From positions 3,150,001 through 3,182,000 of the forward strand of contig OY759724.1 of the NCBI GenBank assembly GCA_963662715.1: a stretch of 32,000 nucleotides of DNA. Direction: 5' to 3'. The stretch comes from Candidatus Omnitrophota bacterium. GTDB lineage: Bacteria > Omnitrophota > Gorgyraeia > Zapsychrales > JANLHA01. This document shows, piece by piece, positions 25,443 to 32,000 of this stretch. A program made the position numbers and the translations under genes. The notes beneath the pieces were generated by a model that saw nothing but the letters and a program-made list of their open reading frames with translations, ran no database searches and was not told the DNA's origin. The first letter of the stretch is position 1. Each line of letters opens with the position of its first letter.

Positions 25443-25474
25443 CAACAAAAACAAATATTTATGAGAGGGATAAG

Positions 25475-25978
25475 ATGAAACTCAGAGTATTTATTGCGGA
25501 TGACAACCCGGAATTATTACAAAAGATCGCTCAACATTATGAAACCAAAGGATATGACGTCATTACGGCTGCCAATGGGAAAGATGCCTTGCATTTACTT
25601 AATGTTAACAACGTTCCCCATCTGATAATTATCGATGCGGATATGCCTGAACTGGACGGCCTTGAAACCTGCAGAAAAATAAAGTCAGATAACCGGCTTA
25701 ACCGCTGTCCGATTATTCTCCTGAAAGAAGACTGGGTCGACGAAAAACCTTTCCGGCAGATAGGGGTGGAGGAATTTCTTATGAAGCCTCTCAATCTTGA
25801 TGCCTTGATAAAAATGTCTTCTGTTTTATTGACCTACGGCACCCGTCCCAAAATACCGCAAAAATCTAAAGGACTTAACAAAGAAATCATTGCCATTATT
25901 ATTATTGTCATTGCCATCCTGGGCATCACGATTATCCTTATAGGCACGGACAATCTCTTCCTGAGGATGAATAAATGA
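25475..25978 (+). CDS. Stand-alone response-regulator receiver domain with C-terminal TM anchor
   Basis: REC pattern: acidic pair FIADDN, acceptor context LIIIDADMPELDG and conserved Lys in FLMKPL. The T/S switch position reads PIILLKED, so it is Lys instead of Thr/Ser. The C-terminal IIAIIIIVIAILGITIILIG is a TM helix. Confidence 0.75.
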   Translation: MKLRVFIADDNPELLQKIAQHYETKGYDVITAANGKDALHLLNVNNVPHLIIIDADMPELDGLETCRKIKSDNRLNRCPIILLKEDWVDEKPFRQIGVEEFLMKPLNLDALIKMSSVLLTYGTRPKIPQKSKGLNKEIIAIIIIVIAILGITIILIGTDNLFLRMNK

Positions 25979-26313
25979 TCCTCAAGGTTATCGGGGTCAT
26001 CGCAGGTCTGCTTTTTGCGATGAACTGGATCTGCCTGCTGGCTTGCCAGAAATTCCGGGGATTTCCGTGGGGCGATTATGTCCTGGTCTTCATCCTGGCT
26101 CTGCTGATTTTCAAATATGCTGATTCTTTAAGAAATTATGCCAAGCTCATTCCGGATACTTTACAGGCCATGACCGAGCAACCCCGGGAGTCTCTGCAGG
26201 ACATAAAAAACGCCTTCCAGGAAACCAAGTCGACATCGGCAACGGTTCTGAACTATTTCAAAGGACTTGTTCAACGCGATTTGGAAGAACGCATGGAGTA
26301 TAAAATAGAATAA
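25975..26313 (+). CDS. Hypothetical small membrane protein (2 TM)
   Basis: ATGA overlap with the receiver gene. Two hydrophobic helices (VIGVIAGLLFAMNWICLLAC and YVLVFILALLIFKY) and a charged C-terminal tail. I recognise no family. Confidence 0.5.
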   Translation: MILKVIGVIAGLLFAMNWICLLACQKFRGFPWGDYVLVFILALLIFKYADSLRNYAKLIPDTLQAMTEQPRESLQDIKNAFQETKSTSATVLNYFKGLVQRDLEERMEYKIE

Positions 26314-26388
26314 CTCATTTGAGTCGAACGGCCGCATCCTTCATAAAGGCATCATTTTTAAAAACATTCCCGGGAGAAATACGGACTT

Positions 26389-26787
26389 ATGAGTCAAGGC
26401 TACGCCAAAAACCAGCACCGCAAAGAGGCCCTGAGTCTTTTTGTTAAGGACATGATACGACGATCAAAATCGCATTGTGAACTCTGCGAAAAGTCGGGGG
26501 CCAAGCTGGAAATCCACGAAATTCCGCCCATCGACGAACAGCCGGTGTTTGAACATTGTGTCCTGATCTGCGAAACATGCTCCCACTTGTTGCATGCGCC
26601 CCAAAAGGCAAATCCGCTGCACTGGCAGTGCCTGAACAAATCTGCCTGGAGTGACATTCCTGCGGTTCAGGTCGTTGCCGTCAGAATTTTAAAACAACTT
26701 TCTAAAAATGAACCCTGGGCCAAGGATCTTTTAGAACAACTGTACATTGCCCCGGAAATACAAGAGTGGATAGACCAGGAAGAGTAA
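26389..26787 (+). CDS. Zinc-ribbon protein, PhnA-like family (uncertain)
   Basis: CxxC...CxxC pair (HCELCEKSG ... LICETCSHLL) followed by HWQCLNKSAWSDIPAVQVVAVRILKQL. This resembles long 'PhnA-like' proteins of gammaproteobacteria as I remember them. It is not verified. Confidence 0.4.
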   Translation: MSQGYAKNQHRKEALSLFVKDMIRRSKSHCELCEKSGAKLEIHEIPPIDEQPVFEHCVLICETCSHLLHAPQKANPLHWQCLNKSAWSDIPAVQVVAVRILKQLSKNEPWAKDLLEQLYIAPEIQEWIDQEE

Positions 26788-26815
26788 AAAAGGAGAGGGA
26801 AGACCGGGAGGGAAC

Positions 26816-28666
26816 ATGAAACCGTCTTTAAAAATATATTTATCCCGATGCCTTGCAGGCCTCATCCTGCTTCTCTGCATCAGTCCCTTCACCCTTATCA
26901 TCAGAAATACATACGACACCTTTCAAAGAGCCCGGGATGCGCAATGGAACCTGGACCGGCTTCATCAAAAATACCATTCCATTTATAAGACAGCTCCGGA
27001 AGCCCAAAAAATCATCCCGCCGGGCGCTAAAGTAGAAACCTCTTTTAAACCCCTGTCCATTGAATGGCGCGCGGCCCGATATGCTTTATATCCTCTCGAA
27101 ATCAGCCCTGAGGCCAGTTATATTTTAGAGTTTCCCTCTCAAAAGCTGGAACGGCAGCCGGGATGGCCGTCCCGGACATTCTCCGACGGAACGCGGCTTT
27201 ATACGGCCCCGGGCAGTCCGGCCCGGACAACAGAAGCCTCTGAGAGGTCTCCGGCGCCGAAATATCCTTTACATTTTTTTCTTCTGACAGTATTCTTGAA
27301 CGGCTTGACCGGAGCCCTTCTGCTAAGGCTGTTGCGGATAAACGCTGCGGAGGGGGGGCTGTTCTACTTCCTGGGGACAGGCTGTTTGCTCGGAGCGGTC
27401 ATCTACGGCCTGTCTTTGTGGCTTCTTCTGCTATGCGGCGTTCCCCTGAATCCGCCTTCTTTATGGCTCACATATTTATTATGGCCCCTGCTCCTGGCCT
27501 TGCTCAACTTTTTAATAAAAGCCCCCCGGGAAGACGCCAAGGGAAATCCGCAGCTTCAGACGCAGCCGTTCAACCAAGGCTGCCGGAAAACACCGGCAAA
27601 ATCATTTTCTGGCTTGTATTGTAACGGGCTCAAAATCTGGACGATATTGCTCGTCGTGCTTATCCTCATCCTGATCAGCCTCACGCCTTTAACCGATTGG
27701 GATAGTATGTCCAAATGGGTCTTAAAAGCTAAAATTCTTTTTTATACGCAAACCTTGGATTTCAGCTACAGTCATCACAATTATTATCCCATATTATGGC
27801 CCGTCATTTTGGCCGTGCAATTTGTCCTGATGGGGGGGGCGGTCCATTCCGTGCCCCAATGGCTCGCGGCTTTCTTTTTCCTGACCGCGTTATCACAGCT
27901 CTGGGGGGCGCTCCGTTTTTTATACATACCGTTCAAACAAAAAATTTTTTCTGTGAATATTTTTATCGCTGCCTTTTTTTCGTATCGTCTCCTGGCGACA
28001 GCAAACGCTGAAAACATCTTTCTTGCTTTGACAGCCGGAGCCATAGCGGCAATAACTGCCTGGCTTCAAGACTGCAGGAGAAAAAGTTACCTCGTGCTTG
28101 CGGTCATTTTTAACTTAGGATTATGCCTCGTAAAATTTGAAGGCATGATTACAACGTTTATCCTGGCGACGGGCCTGTATTTTTTTCATCGCAGGCAACT
28201 CTCCTCGAAGCAGGCCACACCCCTTTTATGGATGATGCTGGCTGTCATCCTTTGTCCCCTCTTATGGATCGGCTGGACAAAGGCTCACGGATATTACAAG
28301 CCCATCGTGCATTTGCAGCTCACAGAAATGTCCCTGAAAATTCCTTACCTTGTGCAGAATAACGGAAGGCTTTTTTTAAGACATCCTTTAAGCCCTTTTT
28401 TGATCCTCTGGGGATTCTCGCTCTATTTGTCGCCCAATCATAAAAAATGGTCTTCCGCTGAAAAATGGCACACATGGTCTGCCTTGGGGTTAATCATTTT
28501 TAGTATCTTCGGAAACATCGGCCAACCTTTCGAAGAAATTCAACGCACTCACATGGATGCTTTTCTTAGGTTATTATTACATGCGTCCCCGCCCTTACTT
28601 CTGCTCATGGCCAGCAGGTCAGTTCGCAAAAACGGGCAGCCTGATCCTTCCCAGGCAATGGGTTGA
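26816..28666 (+). CDS. Large polytopic membrane protein, GT-C-like (same architecture as 18937..20802)
   Basis: Signal-anchor helix, an extracytoplasmic segment of about 130 aa, three TM helices, a Pro/basic linker, then a TM helix followed by the acidic loop TPLTDWDSMSKWVLKAKILF and HHNYYPILWP. At least 8 further TM helices follow. I made no confident family match. Confidence 0.5.
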   Translation: MKPSLKIYLSRCLAGLILLLCISPFTLIIRNTYDTFQRARDAQWNLDRLHQKYHSIYKTAPEAQKIIPPGAKVETSFKPLSIEWRAARYALYPLEISPEASYILEFPSQKLERQPGWPSRTFSDGTRLYTAPGSPARTTEASERSPAPKYPLHFFLLTVFLNGLTGALLLRLLRINAAEGGLFYFLGTGCLLGAVIYGLSLWLLLLCGVPLNPPSLWLTYLLWPLLLALLNFLIKAPREDAKGNPQLQTQPFNQGCRKTPAKSFSGLYCNGLKIWTILLVVLILILISLTPLTDWDSMSKWVLKAKILFYTQTLDFSYSHHNYYPILWPVILAVQFVLMGGAVHSVPQWLAAFFFLTALSQLWGALRFLYIPFKQKIFSVNIFIAAFFSYRLLATANAENIFLALTAGAIAAITAWLQDCRRKSYLVLAVIFNLGLCLVKFEGMITTFILATGLYFFHRRQLSSKQATPLLWMMLAVILCPLLWIGWTKAHGYYKPIVHLQLTEMSLKIPYLVQNNGRLFLRHPLSPFLILWGFSLYLSPNHKKWSSAEKWHTWSALGLIIFSIFGNIGQPFEEIQRTHMDAFLRLLLHASPPLLLLMASRSVRKNGQPDPSQAMG

Positions 28667-28739
28667 CGGGATCACCCGGTTTATATTACAATAACGTCTT
28701 TAAAGCTCATGAAACCGACAGGAAAGTCCGAACACCAAC

Positions 28740-29708
28740 ATGCCCAAAAAATTCCTTCACCCAAACCGGGAAGCCTGCGGCACATTATCCATTCATATCT
28801 TTGGGTGGATTCTATGTGTCTTTGCTGTAGATCTGCTGGGTGAATTTTTCAATCTGTCGTGGGCCCAGCATGCCTTTATCGACGTGGCGAAAATCACCCT
28901 TCCCATTTTGCTTCTGTTCACTCATGCCTGTTACATCCTGACTCTAAAAAGAGCCCTGTTCTTTATAGGGATAACAATGCTGACCGGGTTTCTGGCCGAG
29001 TTCATTGGCATTCGACACGGGTCTTTCTTCGGGGAGTTATACGCCTACAACTATGAAAGCCCCATCATTTTCTCGAACACGCCCCTGTTCCCCCGTTCAT
29101 TCATTTTTAAAGGCGTCCCGTTCCTGATCCCTTTATTTTGGTCGGTATTCATTTATGCCGGCTATAGCCTGTCATCTTCGTTCCTTTTCTGGGTCAGGAA
29201 AGACAAGCCTGCGAGGAGGAAAGGGGAGAGGTTGCTGCTTTTATTCTTAACAACATGTGACGCCATTTTCGTACTAACATTGGATTTGTTCATAGATCCT
29301 CTACTGGTCCGGACAGGAAACTGGCAATGGGCAGAAGGCAGTGTCTATTACGGAATACCTCCGGGGAATTACATAGGCTGGTTCCTGGTGGCTTTCTTGA
29401 CCTGCGGGATTTTCCGGGTTTATGAATATATCTTCCCGGCAGAAACGGTCAGGCTAAAACCCTCGGTCTTTTTGATGCCGCCGGCCGGGTATCTGGTTTT
29501 CTGGGGCATCAGCGTTATAGCGGCCCTGCAGTATAAAATGTATTTCTTGATTTTTATCGGCTTGCTGACAATCATCCCCTTATCATCTCTTAACCTGCTT
29601 TTTTACCTGTTAAGGGAAGACGGAGGGAAGACAGCGGCTTCAGGCTATATGTTCCGGTTTAAAACAGCTATGGCTGCGAGGCTGGGGATGATGCTTCGGG
29701 AGGACTAA
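28740..29708 (+). CDS. DUF422 / 'carotenoid biosynthesis protein' (CruF-like) family membrane protein
   Basis: About 7 TM helices. The blocks LAEFIGIRHGSFFGELYAY, GVPFLIPLFWSVF and DLFIDPLLVRTGNWQWAEGSVYYGIPPGNYIGWFLVAF match my recollection of Pfam PF04240. Confidence 0.55.
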   Translation: MPKKFLHPNREACGTLSIHIFGWILCVFAVDLLGEFFNLSWAQHAFIDVAKITLPILLLFTHACYILTLKRALFFIGITMLTGFLAEFIGIRHGSFFGELYAYNYESPIIFSNTPLFPRSFIFKGVPFLIPLFWSVFIYAGYSLSSSFLFWVRKDKPARRKGERLLLLFLTTCDAIFVLTLDLFIDPLLVRTGNWQWAEGSVYYGIPPGNYIGWFLVAFLTCGIFRVYEYIFPAETVRLKPSVFLMPPAGYLVFWGISVIAALQYKMYFLIFIGLLTIIPLSSLNLLFYLLREDGGKTAASGYMFRFKTAMAARLGMMLRED

Positions 29709-30567
29709 GCTTCTTTTCTTGATTGATAACCTGCCCTATCACCTGCAATGAGGAAAAATCTATTTCGTATCCCTGGTACTGCAACCAGTCATAGGGGCTG
29801 TCCAAAGAAAACCACATATATGTCGGTGGGACAAAGGCCCGGCCCAGCCAGCTTAAGGGGCCGAATCTCGGGATAAGCTGGATCTTTAAAGCCGCCTGCG
29901 GGCCGTCCGCGAGAAGAAGCTCTTCCTCTCCCAGGTGTCTGGCCGTCACATGATAAAAATTATCGGCTTCCGTCATAATATAAAAAGAAGGTATTTCTTC
30001 AGAATCATCATGATTTATCAGGGACCGCAAGACATGGGGTAAAGTGGCACTGTCTACTGTCAAGCCCTTCAAAGGATAAATCTTCCGCGTGGTCTTCTTG
30101 TTTTGTCCATCATAAGATGTGTAGCGGATCTGTTTTTGCGCATAATCAAAGTATTTCTCTTTTTTGACAATAACCTCCTGGGCCCCTTTATATCGAAGAG
30201 AACCCTTGCTTTCCAGCGGGTAAAGAATTCCGTCCCGCAGTTCGGCGGTAGACTCCGAAGCCCAGACAACATCCGCATAGTCGGCATAGTCCCCCTCGCC
30301 CTGAGATGTAAATTTATAGTAAACCGAGGAATCATGTTTTGTTCTTTGAGTGATAAATTTCACAAAGGAACGCGGCTGCAAAGAATCTTTTTCGACATAG
30401 CGAAAAGATAATATTTCATAATCCGGGAAAAAGGACGGTCGCGATGAAGAAACCGGGATATTCCCTTTAAGGGCATGGTCCTCAGCCCCGGCAACATGAT
30501 AAGCCGGCAGACAGATTCCCAGTCCGAGGACCAGAAAAAATATTTGTCTTTTGAATCGGGTATCCAT
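29668..30567 (-). CDS. Hypothetical exported protein
   Basis: N-terminal signal peptide (QIFFLVLGLGICLPAYHVAGA). The rest is soluble and beta-rich in appearance, with a Pro/Ser tail. I recognise no family. The 3' end overlaps the convergent DUF422 gene by 41 nt. Confidence 0.55.
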   Translation of the reverse strand: MDTRFKRQIFFLVLGLGICLPAYHVAGAEDHALKGNIPVSSSRPSFFPDYEILSFRYVEKDSLQPRSFVKFITQRTKHDSSVYYKFTSQGEGDYADYADVVWASESTAELRDGILYPLESKGSLRYKGAQEVIVKKEKYFDYAQKQIRYTSYDGQNKKTTRKIYPLKGLTVDSATLPHVLRSLINHDDSEEIPSFYIMTEADNFYHVTARHLGEEELLLADGPQAALKIQLIPRFGPLSWLGRAFVPPTYMWFSLDSPYDWLQYQGYEIDFSSLQVIGQVINQEKKLSPPEASSPASQP

Positions 30568-30639
30568 AACAGCATTCCAATTTTTAAAATCACCAGAAAA
30601 TTCAGCGTCTCATTTTGAGATATATATTATACATAAATA

Positions 30640-30670
30640 CCCGGGAGACACAACGGATACTCTCCCCGGG
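30640..30670. repeat. Imperfect palindrome in a divergent promoter region (possible operator)
   Basis: CCCGGGAGA, a 12-nt spacer, then TCTCCCCGGG (9 bp with a 1-nt bulge). It overlaps a candidate minus-strand promoter: -10 TATAAT at 30626-30631 and -35 TTGTGT at 30648-30653, both read on the minus strand. Confidence 0.35.
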
Positions 30671-30813
30671 CGAAGATATTCAAAGAAAGCAAAACCCGGG
30701 CCATAGGAGGGACATTCTTATCATGGACTCGGGAGACAGGCGTGTGCTAAAATATTCTTATACGGCTTGGTGCCGCAAATTTTATCATCAACCAATCATC
30801 CCGGGTCAAAGGC

Positions 30814-31473
30814 ATGTTCATTCCTCAACCTGTATCAATTCACCGCAAACGGCCTCAAATGGTTTTATTTGCTGCTTATCTGTTCGTCCTGTCTATGACT
30901 TTCTTCGGGCAGGGAGAAGGCGTGCAGGCCGGGCCGCCATCAGAACAAATTGTTTTTGCCGGGGACAGCCTGATCTTTTCAGGCCCCTGGAAAAGCTTTT
31001 TTAAGAACGGCCATATTCATAATTCCGGAGTTGTCGGCGACACGACCCAGGACCTTTTAAACAGGGTGGATGAGATATTGGCGGTAAAACCCGGAAAAAT
31101 CTTCCTCATGATCGGGATCAATGACCACCCGCAGGAAAACAACATCGATACTATTCTGAACACCTATAGAAAAATCCTCCAGAAAATTCAGCAGAATCTG
31201 CCGGAGTCTCATATCTATATTCACAGCATTTTACCGGTCAACAATGAACGGTTAAAAACTTATTACCATCAGCAAATTTCTAACGAGAACATTATGAAAC
31301 TGAACAAAGCCATCCTGTCTCTGACTCAAAACGGCCCAGTCACTTATATCGACCTGTACCCTCATTTCCTTAAAGACGGGGAACTCAACCCGGACATGAC
31401 AAAAGACGGGGTGCATCTGAACCGGGAAGGGTATCTTCTCTGGAAAAACCTTATCGCCGGGTACATCCAGTAA
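30814..31473 (+). CDS. Secreted SGNH/GDSL-family hydrolase
   Basis: All SGNH blocks are present: FAGDSL (I), GVVGDTT (II), LMIGINDH (III) and DGVHLNREGY (V). A signal-like segment MVLFAAYLFVLSMTFFG is present. The start may be 30814 or the ATG at 30859. Confidence 0.8.
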   Translation: MFIPQPVSIHRKRPQMVLFAAYLFVLSMTFFGQGEGVQAGPPSEQIVFAGDSLIFSGPWKSFFKNGHIHNSGVVGDTTQDLLNRVDEILAVKPGKIFLMIGINDHPQENNIDTILNTYRKILQKIQQNLPESHIYIHSILPVNNERLKTYYHQQISNENIMKLNKAILSLTQNGPVTYIDLYPHFLKDGELNPDMTKDGVHLNREGYLLWKNLIAGYIQ

Positions 31474-31495
31474 ATCACCGGGAGAAACGACAGGC

Positions 31496-32000
31496 TTATT
31501 CTTGCGCCTGCACAATCGTTTGCGAAATCCTCGGCCCTACCCATTGGCTGAACTGATAATTTCCCCTCCCGTTAAGATGAATAACGTCAGAAAACTTTTC
31601 TCTCGGATAAGCCTCGAAAAGGGGAGTGACATAAAAAAATTTTTCATGTTTTTTTTGCAGATCAACCAACATGCCCTCGTAATCCCTTAAATATCCCTCT
31701 TGTTCAAGTCTCTCATAGATCACGTCCATGAGCGGAGCCTGAAACAGGATGACAACAATACGGTTCTCCTGCGCCAGTTCCAGGAAGCGCTCCAGCCAGT
31801 AGATGTTCTCATCCGTCAAGGCCAGCTTTCTTTGATATAATTTGGACCCCTTCACCTCGGCAAGGCGGGGAGGGACATTCCGGCCGAATGCCGTTGTCCC
31901 GGATTGTCTCGTTGAGGTGTGACGAATCCAAACCATATGGTCCTTGATATATTCAGGATTAAGCAGCAACTTTTTGACGCGGTTTTTATATCTTAAGGCA
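31496..32000 (-). CDS. SGNH/DltD-like (DUF1574-like?) protein, 5' end outside the window
   Basis: The reading frame stays open to base 32000 (ALRYKNRVKKLLLNPEYIKDH...), so the TTG at 31969 in the track is not the real start. The C-terminal SDVIHLNGRGNYQFSQWV resembles the block V DxxH motif of SGNH-type esterases/acyltransferases. Confidence 0.4.
   Translation of the reverse strand, partial: ALRYKNRVKKLLLNPEYIKDHMVWIRHTSTRQSGTTAFGRNVPPRLAEVKGSKLYQRKLALTDENIYWLERFLELAQENRIVVILFQAPLMDVIYERLEQEGYLRDYEGMLVDLQKKHEKFFYVTPLFEAYPREKFSDVIHLNGRGNYQFSQWVGPRISQTIVQAQE

Noticed and set aside
25280-25474. LexA/SOS box upstream of recN.
   Set aside because: I looked for CTGT-N8-ACAG, GAAC-N4-GTTC and TGTTC-N4-GAACA type palindromes. 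Only half-sites were present (for example GAACAT at 25417 and CTGT at 25280), and no convincing dyad. The SOS motif of this lineage is unknown to me.
27352-27839. Poly-G tracts G7 (27352-27358) and G8 (27832-27839) in the 616-aa membrane-protein gene, considered as possible slipped-strand phase-variation switches.
   Set aside because: Both simply encode Gly-Gly with the GGG codon. Similar G7 runs occur in the mgtC-family gene (4466-4472) and at 7351-7357, so they seem to reflect codon preference. Length variation cannot be assessed from one sequence. Read-level or metagenome population data would be needed to revive the idea.
30615-31004. 129-aa plus-strand ORF spanning the intergenic region and the 5' part of the SGNH gene.
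   Set aside because: It starts at a non-ATG codon (TTG) with no SD sequence. Its translation is Arg/Cys-rich with no features. It overlaps the well-supported SGNH frame.
1-32000. I searched by eye for CRISPR-like spaced repeats, IS/transposase or integrase genes, prophage genes and known defence-system genes.
   Set aside because: I saw none. Every ORF above about 100 aa is explained by housekeeping or envelope functions, or is a spurious shadow of a real gene. The window looks like core chromosome rather than an accessory island.

Overview
This window looks like a chromosomal, mostly housekeeping segment of a diderm bacterium. My lineage guess is a PVC-type or candidate phylum such as Omnitrophota. 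That guess is low confidence and rests only on gene content: cdaA, a PPi-type phosphofructokinase signature, bactofilin and a BamE-like lipoprotein. I can support about 36 protein genes and one tRNA(CAU). Genes are tightly packed, with many 1-, 4- and 8-nt stop/start overlaps and several TTG/GTG starts. I found no CRISPR array, transposase, integrase, phage genes, long repeats or recognisable defence genes. The core block is gatB(partial)-ctpA-yibQ-tsaD, then tilS-ftsH-folP-cdaA-pdxJ-acpS-nnrD-queH, with pfk and recN on the minus strand. The non-core content falls into four groups. (1) A bactofilin fused to an excisionase-type HTH sits next to a membrane-anchored HTH paralog (4.85-5.7 kb). (2) A single operon (15.1-20.8 kb) joins rmlA and rmlB, a plant/giant-virus-type bifunctional NRS/ER epimerase-reductase (no rmlC or classical rmlD), a polyprenyl-phosphate-type GT2, a 48-codon bridging ORF and a large GT-C membrane protein with STT3/AglB-like motifs. 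A second, ArnT/PMT-like GT-C gene converges on it. I rate this candidate periplasmic (possibly rhamnose-based) glycosylation pathway as the most interesting item. (3) A tail-anchored, partly degenerate receiver domain has no kinase in the window (25.5 kb). (4) An envelope-modification neighbourhood (26.8-32 kb) holds a third GT-C-like protein, a DUF422/CruF-like membrane protein and two convergent SGNH-type genes. All homology statements come from motif recognition by eye and from memory of family sequences. None has been checked by a database search.
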